Shown one piece after another: positions 44,282 to 54,071 of a DNA stretch of 64,000 nt. Source of the stretch: Candidatus Hadarchaeota archaeon. GTDB taxonomy: Archaea; CAYQAE01; CAYVLA01. The DNA is taken from positions 38,483 to 102,482 of the forward strand of contig CAZUNO010000008.1 of the NCBI GenBank assembly GCA_964621445.1, given 5' to 3'. Below the pieces are notes generated by a model, which worked only from the letters and a program-made list of their open reading frames with translations, searched no databases and was not told where the DNA came from. Numbering within the stretch: the first letter of the stretch is position 1; every line of letters starts with the position of its first letter. Made by a program: the position numbers and the translations under genes.

Positions 44282-45985
44282 CTACCCCAGGCCCAGCACA
44301 TCCTCAATATCCATACAGTTCGCTACCTGTTCACGGGTTAGCCAGGCCCGGCGTGCAACGCCTACTCCGAACCTCATGTTGTTCAGTTGATTGACGTGGT
44401 GGCTGTCAGTTCCAATGGCAATTTTGACTCCGGCCTCCGCGGCCGCTCTGGACATTCGGTCGTCCAGGTCGAGCCTATTGGGAAAGGCATTGATCTCCAT
44501 GCAGGTGTTGGTGTCGACGGCCCTCCGGAAGACCTCATCCGCCTCGAAGTTGTAGGCTTCCCTTTGCTGAAGCAGACGACCGGTGGGATGCCCCAGTATG
44601 TCAACCAGGCCCGTGTCCAGGGCCCGGGTTATGCGATCGGTCATCTCCTCTGAGTCGGAGCTGAATTTGGAATGTATGCTGGCGATGACGATATCCAGCT
44701 GCTCGAGAAGCTCCGCCTCCATGTCCAGGGAGCCATCGGGAAGGATGTCCACCTCAAGACCCGACAGCATCTTGAAACCATCACTACCCTGGTTAATGGA
44801 GTCTATCTCCTCCCTTTGCTCCTCCACTCTCTGCTCATCAAGACCACCCGCGATCTTTAGCGATTTCGAGTGGTCGGTTATGCATAGGAATGCATATCCC
44901 TTTCCCTTCCCGGCCTTGGCAATCTCCCTGAGAGAATTGCTCCCATCACTCCAGGAAGAGTGGATGTGAAAATCGCCCCGGATCTGATCCAGGGTCAGAA
45001 GATCGGGAAGCTCATGTTCCACGGAGGCTTCGATCTCTCCCCGATTTTCCCGGAGTTCCGGTTCTACGTAATCCATGTTCAGATAACGGTAGACGCTCTC
45101 CTCCGTTTCCCCGGCTACCCTTTCCCCCTGTTCCTCGAAAAGCCCGTACTCACTCAGCTTCAGGTTCCTTCTTTGAGCGATCTCGCGCATCCTTATGTTG
45201 TGGTCCTTGGAACCTGTGAAGTACTGGAGAGCGGAACCGAAACAGCGGTCGGGGACTATGCGCAGATCGACCTGAAGTTGGTTGTCAAGAATCACGGTGG
45301 ATTTCGTCTCACCCTTGGCCACCACGTTTTGTACCATGGTCATGGAGGAAAATTTCTCCATCACTTCCAAAGCGGAATCGGTCGTCACCAGGATATCGAC
45401 ATCGCCGACCGTCTCCTTCATTCTCCTTATGGAACCGGCAAGACTGATCCTGGCAACCTCGGGGGCGGACTCAAGTTCATCCCTGATGTTCATGGCTATG
45501 GGCAGGGCCTTGCCCAACAGCATCCTTTCCGACCGGCTACGAAGTAGCTTTATTCCACGTAGTATATTTTCCTCGGTCTTGCTCCCAAGTCCCTTTAGGG
45601 ATCTCAATTTTTCATCCTTTATCGCCTCCTCCAGGTCGTCAACCGATGAAACTCCCAGTTCTTGGTGAAGCATCAGGGCCGTCTTTGGACCGACCTCCGG
45701 GATCTGAAGAAGCTCTGCAACACCCGAGGGTATCTCCTCTCTGAGATTCTGGAGATAACCGATCTCTCCCGTATGGAAGTATTCCTCGATCTTGGAGGCG
45801 ATGCTCTCCCCGACACCAGAGATGGAGGTCAGTTCCCCCTTCTCAACCGCCTCGACCAAATCCATCCTGTAATTCTCTATGCCACGAGCCGCTCTCCTAT
45901 AGGCCCTTGGCCTGTACTTGTCATCCTGGATATCCAGGATATCGGCGATTTCATTAAGCAGGGAAACGACTTCGGATTGGAACAA
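44282..45985 (-). CDS. polX: DNA polymerase X with PHP domain
   Basis: GSIRR, GDVDIL, VDLR and YFTGSKDHN motifs; PHP motifs HIHSSWSDG, TDHS, HPTGR and DSH. Confidence 0.95.
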   Translation of the reverse strand: MFQSEVVSLLNEIADILDIQDDKYRPRAYRRAARGIENYRMDLVEAVEKGELTSISGVGESIASKIEEYFHTGEIGYLQNLREEIPSGVAELLQIPEVGPKTALMLHQELGVSSVDDLEEAIKDEKLRSLKGLGSKTEENILRGIKLLRSRSERMLLGKALPIAMNIRDELESAPEVARISLAGSIRRMKETVGDVDILVTTDSALEVMEKFSSMTMVQNVVAKGETKSTVILDNQLQVDLRIVPDRCFGSALQYFTGSKDHNIRMREIAQRRNLKLSEYGLFEEQGERVAGETEESVYRYLNMDYVEPELRENRGEIEASVEHELPDLLTLDQIRGDFHIHSSWSDGSNSLREIAKAGKGKGYAFLCITDHSKSLKIAGGLDEQRVEEQREEIDSINQGSDGFKMLSGLEVDILPDGSLDMEAELLEQLDIVIASIHSKFSSDSEEMTDRITRALDTGLVDILGHPTGRLLQQREAYNFEADEVFRRAVDTNTCMEINAFPNRLDLDDRMSRAAAEAGVKIAIGTDSHHVNQLNNMRFGVGVARRAWLTREQVANCMDIEDVLGLG

Positions 45986-46066
45986 GGTAGGGATTTCAAT
46001 ATCGGTACTGGCCCATTAATCTTACGAGTAAGGATCAAATCATGGAGTTAATACAAGTATTGAGGA

Positions 46067-46732
46067 TCAATCTCCGGAAGAAGCGGGATTGATATCGACG
46101 GTTCCACGGACATCTACCTCGTATGACCACTCGCTTCGGCAATCAGGGCAAACGATCTCCTTGGATTCAATCCCCCCGCTACGCCAGACTGCATAGTCGT
46201 TATACATGCCCAGAATCTTTCCACATTTGGGACAGTTAACCGGAATCTCCCCTCGTCCCTTGATCTCGTCCGCGATCTGGTTATGCGATTTCACGGCCCT
46301 TGCCATATCCTCCCGGTGAAGCCAAAGCCAGTACCTGTTATACTCCAGACCCTTATGTGCAAAATAGGCGATTGCATCGCTGCGAGAATTCTGGAAACCC
46401 AGATCCACTAGCAGATCGATTATCTGGTTATCCTGGGCCAGCATCCTCACCGAGGTGGTCTCGGTTCCCTCATTAGGTTCAATTTCCAGTGCCTGGAAAA
46501 ATTGCTGTCGCCAGCGAGAGGTCTGTTCCCTTACCTGTTCCGTTTTCTGTCTGAACCGGGTGCACAGCCGATCTGACTCATCCTGGGAAAACCCGTTCTG
46601 GCCCAGGACGTTTGAGATCTCGTCCTCCCATTTTCCCAGACGTAGGTAGGACTCCCGACCAGATAGGTATTGTGAAGCAAAAAGCACTCCCATCATGTCG
46701 GCATATTCTTCACCGCTAAGGGTAACCGGCAA
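46067..46732 (-). CDS. Hypothetical regulator: ribbon-helix-helix-like segment plus C-terminal zinc ribbon
   Basis: TTSVRM...IIDLLVDLGFQNSRSDAIAYF (CopG/RHH-like) and CPKCG...CPDC. Confidence 0.6.
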   Translation of the reverse strand: MPVTLSGEEYADMMGVLFASQYLSGRESYLRLGKWEDEISNVLGQNGFSQDESDRLCTRFRQKTEQVREQTSRWRQQFFQALEIEPNEGTETTSVRMLAQDNQIIDLLVDLGFQNSRSDAIAYFAHKGLEYNRYWLWLHREDMARAVKSHNQIADEIKGRGEIPVNCPKCGKILGMYNDYAVWRSGGIESKEIVCPDCRSEWSYEVDVRGTVDINPASSGD

Positions 46733-47525
46733 ACCATCGCCTCTGATACAAGTGTTAAGGCTAAGATTAAATATCTTTATTCTTGGTTTTAGGCCTGGTT
46801 AGGAGCATCGGGATAAACCATCGTTTTTTCCGAAGGCGATGGATGATTTGGTCCCGATATTCTCCATTTCATTTCGTGATCCGGTTAACGGATCTGGCCA
46901 GGTTCCCACTCGATTAATTGGTCACTTAGTCGCCTCTCCTTTCATTTTCTCCACTTCGGGCTGCCTTTCAATCATCAAGCGGGCTGGCCACCTTTCCTAT
47001 CTAAATCCATTACTTACTCCCTGTAATTGGGGTCCCTATGTTGAGCACCTGAATGCTTGCTGATAACGATTTCTTCGGGAATATCAAGCTCATAAGCTAG
47101 GGAAAGATGTCTGAAATCATGGTTCCCAAAGTAATCCTCCTGGTTAATCATCCAAAAGCAGAACTATCCATCCTCTCTCCCTACTATTCTACTCAAGCTG
47201 CATATACTTCCATGTTCCATCCATTACCCGTTTGGTGTGCAGTTCACCTTGATTGGATGGAGATTACCAGAGGGGTAATTCAGATGGATTACCATTAACT
47301 CTGTTCCGATATCTCCCGGGTTGAGTTTTGTTTCCAGAAGCCATTTCGGGGTGGAATCAGGTACCCGATTAACGGTAATCAGTTAGGTCCCAGATTGCCT
47401 TGGATCCCCCTGAGGTAGTAGTAAAACCCTCACATCTCCCTGGATCGAAAACCCTAATCCCGTGCCTCGGGGGGGCAATGATCTTGAGCCCGGCTGGATC
47501 CAAGTCGGGACAGTTTATTCGTATC

Positions 47526-47651
47526 ATAGCAATCTTTGGTTTTCCTATCTCATTCCCCCGGTTGGGTTTAACATTCCTGTATTTTGGCGGTAGCCGCTTC
47601 GGTTGGTCCGGTATCATTCCTTTGTTTTTGGAGCACCTTACTTGGGAATAT
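47526..47651. repeat. 126-bp direct repeat, copy 1
   Basis: Matches 48091-48216 with 5 mismatches by manual alignment. Confidence 0.9.
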
Positions 47652-48090
47652 CATAGTGGTATACTCTCCAAGTGATCTCCTCTCCTTCACTATCCTGCCC
47701 AATCATTCAACCGTTCCTATTCCTGTCCCTTCAATCCCTCAACCTTGAATGTTAAGCTTCCTGGCATATGGTGGTGTCCTATCTGGATATCCCTCTTTGG
47801 GATGAAGAGAAAAGGTGTTCCTGGGAGGTCAGGATTCCAGGATGGATGTGGTTTTCTGCGACCTGTTTTGAAGGCCACTGACCTCGGCTATATCGCCTGT
47901 TGGCTTATCTCCACTTGGATAATCCAAAGGGGTTCCTGATGAAGTATTCCGCATTGAAAGCGACTCCGCGCCCAGCCGGAGAACGGCCACCCAAACACCT
48001 TCTTAATTTGATTTTTTCAGAGATGAAGTGCGCCTGGGTCGTGAAGAGTATCAGGTTCCACCAGCCCGGGCCGGGATATCGCCTATTGAT

Positions 48091-48216
48091 ATAGCATTCT
48101 TTGTTTTGTCTATCTCATTCCCCTGGTTGGGTTTAACATTCCTGTATTTTGGCGGTAGCCGCTTCGGTTGGTCCGGTATCATTCCTTTGTTTTTGGAGCA
48201 CCTTACTTGGGAATAT
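48091..48216. repeat. 126-bp direct repeat, copy 2
   Basis: Matches 47526-47651; the copies are offset by 565 bp. Confidence 0.9.
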
Positions 48217-48629
48217 ATGCTGTTAATCCGCGCATCCAAAGGCATAATCTAGTTTTGCCGTAAATGGGTCGGGAGAAATAATTCCCAGGTGGTTTAGAAG
48301 GCTCCCTTCTATTAATCACCCGGGAAGTAAATCTGGGAGGGCCATTTGGGGGGTATGGATTTAAATTAACCGTCAAATGGGGGTCCATGATTCAGGTTCT
48401 AAGCAGTTGGTATCAACTTACCAAGGTGTATACAATTCAGGGATCCCGGGCATGCTTTTGCCCCATTTCGGGGAAAGATCGAGCGTCTTCTCATAGGCTA
48501 ATATCTACAAACTTTCTTGCGAGATAACCTCTTCCACACTTTGTAGCTGTCTTTTTTCATGTGCCCCTCCTCTATAGGACCTTAACACATGTAGTAATTT
48601 GAAATATCCCATTCCGATTTTCAGATTAT

Positions 48630-48645
48630 TTTGAACCGGTTCAAA
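48630..48645. promoter_or_regulatory. Perfect 16-bp palindrome TTTGAACCGGTTCAAA, candidate operator
   Basis: Exact self-complement in a non-coding AT-rich stretch. Confidence 0.45.
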
Positions 48646-49122
48646 TTAGCCCCAGGATTAAAACCATGGATTCCAGGCCCCGTGTAGAATCGATTTTTCG
48701 GTGCCAAGCAGGCAATATATTTCCACATTTCATCGCCCTTTCTCAAGAATCTCCGCGGGCCAAATAATCGAGATACCGGCTTAATCCTTGGGTGTAGCCG
48801 GCGCGGTTTTGATGGGAGTTGAATATTCAGGAACCCCATGGGAGGTTGTGGAGTGCTCCCTCTGCACGGACCTGTTTGTCCTTTCGTCAAAGTGGAAAAA
48901 CGGTGAGATTGAGGGCCAAAAATTGGGATTCTCAAAGGGAGCTGCTGCCTAAGGCCGGTTGGAACACGATTAAGTCACTTAACATTTGTCTTTTTCGCAG
49001 GGAGAGTGCTCATACAGGGGTATATTGTTTTTGGTTCAAGAAAGGAATGTTATCGAAGCCGGGGAGATGGCTAAAAAATGAAACAAGGAATGTTATGAAA
49101 AAGTGGAAAAGGGGTCAGAGAA

Positions 49123-49578
49123 TCATTTCTTTTTCTTCACTTCGATCTTGTTCGGTGATACCTTCTTTACATTTAGTCTTTGACCCTTCTTCCAACCCAG
49201 AGACTCCACTACATCCTTGGGTACGGTGATGGTGTACTGAACTGTTCTACCTCCCTTGGGGAGTCCGTGGGCTTTGGCCTGTAGCTTAACGGATGTCTTT
49301 GGCGTTGTGACTTCGAAGGTTTCCAAGAGCCAGGTGCCCTTGTCGTCCCATATGTCGGCCAGGATTTTTCCTCCCTGTTTTCTTATGCAGCCGCGAGGTG
49401 TGGATCCAGAAAAAAGCGAGGCCTGTTCCTCCCCCTCCGGTCCTGCGAGTCCGGAGGGAACCCTGAAATCTCCGTATGCTGTATGCAACTTCTTTCCCTT
49501 CAGTACAGCTTTCCTCAATATGAAACTCTCCGAGATATATTCAACTGTAATTGGCACAATATAAAGAATTTGCAGCAA
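49123..49578 (-). CDS. AbrB/MazE/SpoVT-domain protein with an unknown N-terminal region
   Basis: C-terminal QYTITVPKDVVESLGWKKGQRL; start uncertain. Confidence 0.7.
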   Translation of the reverse strand: MLQILYIVPITVEYISESFILRKAVLKGKKLHTAYGDFRVPSGLAGPEGEEQASLFSGSTPRGCIRKQGGKILADIWDDKGTWLLETFEVTTPKTSVKLQAKAHGLPKGGRTVQYTITVPKDVVESLGWKKGQRLNVKKVSPNKIEVKKKK

Positions 49579-49799
49579 ATGTGGTTTCTATTTATCCAAT
49601 TCGCAAAGGCATCTCTATATCTTTGATGGTCTTGGAAATTTAGGAAATATTTGTGGCCGGTTGGCCCAGAATAAACACATGTATCGATTAGGATTGTCCT
49701 GTTGATTACCCGCCTATATTTCCAGAGATCCGTATTAACTCCTTTATTCCTCTCAAGATTAATAGGCAACATGCCCGGATTAATCCGCGGTGACTTTCC

Positions 49800-51005
49800 A
49801 TGTTTTCATTTCGGAATACCTCGCTGGTGTTGATTCTGCTGATGATTTTGCTATGCACCCTTTTTGCTTGGCAGGCGGGATATGGAATTTTTCTGTCCGA
49901 AGGAAACGGTACGGGTTTGTGGAAAACCAGGTATCGGTTACTATATGAGGAAAACGCGGATCTGGTATCAAGGGTTGACACAGCGCAATCGTCCCTTGAG
50001 GAGTGCGCTCAACAAGCTCGAGAAAGGGAAAAAACCATTGCCAATACGGAATCTGAAATTACGGTTCTGTCTCGTATAAATCAGGATCTAGAAGCGTCGA
50101 TTTCAGAACTTAGGTCATGGTGCAAATCACGAAATGATTCCCTCTCGGAGAAGGAGGATGAGATCCGGGATCTAACCCGAGAGTTGAATCTAACTCTGGT
50201 TCGTATTCATGAACTGGAGACCCAAAAACAGGACCTCCAGATACAGTGCGCTAAGATGGCAAGCGAAAACGAGATTGTGAATTCGAGGCTGGAGACCTGT
50301 CTTGCAAACTGCAGTGGGCTATCAGAGGAGGTGAGGACCCTCCAGGATAAGGCCGATGCCCTTACCACCATCAAGGATTCTCTCTCCATCCCGGGGGAGA
50401 TCTATCACCAATACGAGTGGTATTACCTGCATCCTAGATCATGGAGCAAGGGAGTGAGTGGAAAGAAAGGGACGGGATTTAACCGGACCGAATACATGTA
50501 TCTGGCAGCGGGTAGGCATGGCAAGGATTCGGATATGGATTCCTTTTTGCGTACCATGAACATAGACTCCGATGATATTCAGGAGCTTGCAGACCACCTA
50601 TATTCACAGGCGGCCACCGATAGCCAAAGGGCAAATAACATCTTGAAGTTCGTTCAATTCCTGCCCTACATCCACGATTCCCCAGAAGGTGGATACCCAA
50701 GACACCCCCTGGAGACGTTGGTTGAAGGCGGGGGTGACTGCGAGGATAAGTCCCTGCTTGCTGCCTACCTACTTAACAAATCAGGACCGGAGGGTTATCC
50801 CGTATGCTTGTTTAGGGTCGATACCAACGGCGATGATCGACCTGATCACATGATGACCGGTGTATCGATATCGAGCTCCACGGGAGAAAGGTATGTGGTG
50901 GATGGGGTCGAATACCTGCCCTGCGAAACCACGGGAACCGGTTATCGAGTGGGCCAGATGCCGAGTGGATATACCATATATGATTCCATCGTTATAGGTG
51001 GCTAG
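49800..51005 (+). CDS. Membrane-anchored coiled-coil protein with a transglutaminase-like domain
   Basis: N-terminal TM, heptad-rich aa ~45-195, and YPRHPLETL...GDCEDKS...DHMM...CETT. Confidence 0.8.
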   Translation: MFSFRNTSLVLILLMILLCTLFAWQAGYGIFLSEGNGTGLWKTRYRLLYEENADLVSRVDTAQSSLEECAQQAREREKTIANTESEITVLSRINQDLEASISELRSWCKSRNDSLSEKEDEIRDLTRELNLTLVRIHELETQKQDLQIQCAKMASENEIVNSRLETCLANCSGLSEEVRTLQDKADALTTIKDSLSIPGEIYHQYEWYYLHPRSWSKGVSGKKGTGFNRTEYMYLAAGRHGKDSDMDSFLRTMNIDSDDIQELADHLYSQAATDSQRANNILKFVQFLPYIHDSPEGGYPRHPLETLVEGGGDCEDKSLLAAYLLNKSGPEGYPVCLFRVDTNGDDRPDHMMTGVSISSSTGERYVVDGVEYLPCETTGTGYRVGQMPSGYTIYDSIVIGG

Positions 51006-51204
51006 GTCCTTTATCCCACTCCGTGAAAGTCCGATTACTCCTTATCCCGATGTGGATTAAGCACATACGGATGCCATGAAGATACATTTTCCAATTAACC
51101 CTCTACATCTCCTTATCCTTTTCTCCTAGCTGGGCTTCGACTGGAGTGTCCAAAGCTCGAGCTGGCGATGAGAAATTGCAAACGAAAAGGGCGTGCGAAT
51201 CTAA

Positions 51205-52167
51205 ATGGACCCCATCGCAATTCCGGTATTGATCGTATCCATACTAATGGTCTCCAAAGGTGCGAGTTGGCTGACCGACTCCGTATGGGACATATCGGTA
51301 AGGAGGGGGATCTCGGCCTGTGTGTTGGGAATGATAGTCGCGGGCCTCATGACCACCCTTCCGGAGTTCAGCGTGAGCACCATGGCTAGTGCCCTGAAAA
51401 GCGAAGGTATATCATTGGGCAACGCTATCGGTTCCACAATCTTTAACATCGTGGGCATAGTCGGCATCATCGGTCTCATCAGGCCTCTGGACTTCGACAA
51501 GGCCTTCCTCCGTGATTTCGGTAGAAACGCGCTCCTTGCCTACCTGGTCTTCTATGTCCTAGTCCTAATCGGAGGTGCCCTGGAATGGTACGATTCCCTG
51601 CTCCTGCTTGCAGTGCTTGCCCTGTCCTTGTTATACAGTTACAGGCAAAGGTATGTTGATGCCCCGAGCGCCGAGCCACCATCGGGGGATTCCTTCAGGG
51701 ACCTAATGATGCTCGTGCTGGGAGGAGTGATCCTAGGTGCCGGTTCCTATCTCCTGATATACAGTGCAACCTCCATTGCCTCGGCTCTTGGAATTCCCGA
51801 GTTCGTCATAGGCCTGTCCCTGGTGGCGGTGGGAACCAGCATACCGGAGCTAGCCACGGGGATAGCTTCCATGAAGAAGGGGGTGGAGGAGGTGTCAGTT
51901 GGAAACGTGTTAGGGGCGAACATATACAACGTGACCCTGGTCCTGGGCTGTAGCGCTCTGATAAGCACCGCTTTACACGGCCAACCCCTGGTAGCGGAAG
52001 CCCGTACACTGTTCATAGATATTCCCATGATGATCGGGGCCACGGTTCTGTTCATGGTCGTTGGGCATGATGGCCATATATCGAGAAGAACCTCGGCCGC
52101 CTTTTTGGTAATCTACGCTTCGTATCTGATAATTACATTCTCCGGGATCTCCCTGAACATTGCCTGA
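51205..52167 (+). CDS. Ca2+/Na+ (CaCA, YrbG-like) antiporter
   Basis: Alpha repeats TTLPE...GNAIGS and GTSIPE...GNVLGAN. Confidence 0.92.
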   Translation: MDPIAIPVLIVSILMVSKGASWLTDSVWDISVRRGISACVLGMIVAGLMTTLPEFSVSTMASALKSEGISLGNAIGSTIFNIVGIVGIIGLIRPLDFDKAFLRDFGRNALLAYLVFYVLVLIGGALEWYDSLLLLAVLALSLLYSYRQRYVDAPSAEPPSGDSFRDLMMLVLGGVILGAGSYLLIYSATSIASALGIPEFVIGLSLVAVGTSIPELATGIASMKKGVEEVSVGNVLGANIYNVTLVLGCSALISTALHGQPLVAEARTLFIDIPMMIGATVLFMVVGHDGHISRRTSAAFLVIYASYLIITFSGISLNIA

Positions 52168-52202
52168 TTGCGAAAGCCAGGCGAGGTTCGGACACATATA
52201 TT

Positions 52203-53498
52203 ATGACAATCAATCAGCCAACACCAGATATGAATTTGCGAACCATGCTTGAAATCTCCATGGTGCTTGTCCTGTTCGCAACCCTGTTGCCGGCGGTGAT
52301 GGGGGAGCAGTTCCACATCGTGGCTATTGGCACGGTTCTTCCCCAGGACACACCGGTCTATCACTGGTGTCAACAGGACCCCATGAACACGGTGTCAATT
52401 ATCCCCACCAGGCTCGGCGGGTCAAGCGTTCAACCGAGGGAAGCCAAGCGTCTGATACGCCTCTACTTCCCTAGACAGCTTGGTCCGGATACGGTTGATG
52501 CCATAATGTTCTCCGCCGGGGATGTCTACCACTTCACCACCTCCCAGATCAATTCCATGACCGAGGGGGTGGAGAACGGAATCGGGGCACTGGCCGATTG
52601 CGGGGGAACCAGTGCTATAAGCTCCTTTGTGGACACCTGGGTGGCCTCGGGTATAGGACGCATATTTCCAAACGACATCTCATCCGTGATCTCCGGAAGC
52701 TACTCATATCGAACCGGAAGCTTTCCCGGTTACTTCCTGGAGGGGGTGCCCTATACCATCAACGTTAACGATGACGTAGATGACAATCCATTCCTGCCCT
52801 TCGTGAGGGTTGGGATCGAGGACGTGCACGGATACGCGGGTCGCAAAATGGTGAGGAAATCAGGCTCAACGGTGATGGCGACCATGAATGGAAATTATGG
52901 ATTCCTCAGGGAAGACCCACCCTTTTGTCTGGAATGGGAATATGACCAGGGAAGGACAATTACCGTTTCCGAGTGGTTTGGACATCCCTTCTGGGGGGAC
53001 TACGGAACCGATATCCACATGTCCGACAATCCCTACGGGAGGGACATCTTTCTCAACATTCTCCTGAGGCTCACCGATAGGCCCATTTTCAGGGACGTGG
53101 CCCGGATGCACGAGCTCCACGAGAAATACGAGGAATATAGGGTTATGAGAAGCACCCTGATCTCGGCCATAGAGTTCGTGTCAAACTTTGGCGCCAACCT
53201 AGAGGCCGTGGACGAAAAGCTGGTATCCATAGACGAGGGTAAGTATGATGCCGATGATTACTACCTGGAAGGGGATTACCCGAAGTCCCTCGCTGCCATT
53301 GAGGGGTCGGTCGACGAACTATCGGAGACCATCGATCTGACACTCAACCTCAAGGATAGGGCACTTCTCAATGTCTACATAATAGAATGGTCGGTGGTCA
53401 CCGGAGCTCTGAGCATAACCGGGATCTTCCTGAATTTTCTAATGGTCAAGAGAAAGGCCTATCGAGAAGTCATCACCACCTCAACATCGCGGAAATAG
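52203..53498 (+). CDS. Secreted hypothetical protein with C-terminal TM anchor
   Basis: Signal-like segment, alpha/beta domain, helical stalk, then TM and KRK. Start may be 52230. Confidence 0.7.
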   Translation: MTINQPTPDMNLRTMLEISMVLVLFATLLPAVMGEQFHIVAIGTVLPQDTPVYHWCQQDPMNTVSIIPTRLGGSSVQPREAKRLIRLYFPRQLGPDTVDAIMFSAGDVYHFTTSQINSMTEGVENGIGALADCGGTSAISSFVDTWVASGIGRIFPNDISSVISGSYSYRTGSFPGYFLEGVPYTINVNDDVDDNPFLPFVRVGIEDVHGYAGRKMVRKSGSTVMATMNGNYGFLREDPPFCLEWEYDQGRTITVSEWFGHPFWGDYGTDIHMSDNPYGRDIFLNILLRLTDRPIFRDVARMHELHEKYEEYRVMRSTLISAIEFVSNFGANLEAVDEKLVSIDEGKYDADDYYLEGDYPKSLAAIEGSVDELSETIDLTLNLKDRALLNVYIIEWSVVTGALSITGIFLNFLMVKRKAYREVITTSTSRK

Positions 53499-53702
53499 TG
53501 TAAAAATTACAATGCGATGGAATATTAAAATTAAATACCAAATTTTGGATCCATAAATGACCGAATTTGTACCAATTACCCCACCTATTTAGCTCAAATA
53601 GGGCATAAAATGCAGTTAAGAATTGTCGGAGGGGACGAGGTACGACTAAAATGTCATCTGCGAGGTAAATGGAACAGCTTTTTCTAAGGTCAGGTTTCTA
53701 GG

Positions 53703-54071
53703 ATGATCGATAGCATGCCCAATATGGAAGAAGTCCTCGATGTGCTCAGAAAGGTCAATGATCCTGAACATCCAGTATCGGTCCTTGACCTGGATATCGT
53801 TACCGAGAACGACATAGAGATCGCCGATGATACGGTTAAGGTACAGTTCGCACCCACGGTTCCATTCTGCCCGATGGGAGGAGCGATCGGAATCATCATA
53901 AAACATGCCCTGGAAAAGGAGCTGGATATCGAGGCCGAGGTAAGTGTGAAGCCAGGGAGCCATGTCCAGGAGGAATTACTCAACCAGACCTTGAATAACC
54001 CGGATAGATATCAGGAAGCGCTGGGGAAACTCCGGAACTCCGGTCTTATCGATCAGTGCATCCAGTCGTGA
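53703..54071 (+). CDS. DUF59/MIP18-family Fe-S cluster assembly protein
   Basis: LRKVNDPEHPVSVLDLDIV and PTVPFCPMG motifs. Confidence 0.88.
   Translation: MIDSMPNMEEVLDVLRKVNDPEHPVSVLDLDIVTENDIEIADDTVKVQFAPTVPFCPMGGAIGIIIKHALEKELDIEAEVSVKPGSHVQEELLNQTLNNPDRYQEALGKLRNSGLIDQCIQS

Noticed and set aside
48028-48060. GTGCG as a group II intron 5' end
   Set aside because: No domain V/VI motif or reverse transcriptase ORF downstream.
47526-48216. CRISPR array
   Set aside because: Only two copies of 126 bp with a 439-bp gap, and no cas genes.
48399-48560. Amber (TAG) readthrough or pyrrolysine recoding of in-frame micro-ORFs
   Set aside because: TAG ends many core genes here at their expected C-termini (uS19, uL14, uL5, uS14, uL30, eL14), and the joined peptide resembles nothing I recognise.
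32019-49600. Integrated element at the tRNA-Ser 3' end carrying the McrBC-like operon
   Set aside because: I found no integrase or transposase and no duplicate of the tRNA 3' end (GGTTCAAAT at ~48638 diverges immediately). The operon's composition looks like the host's.
49776-49787. 12-bp palindrome CGGATTAATCCG and similar short hairpins (e.g. near 53585)
   Set aside because: Palindromes this short are expected by chance in 64 kb.
51020-51045. GAAAGTCC resembling the RNase P RNA conserved region
   Set aside because: The intergenic space is only about 200 bp and the other conserved RNase P elements are absent.
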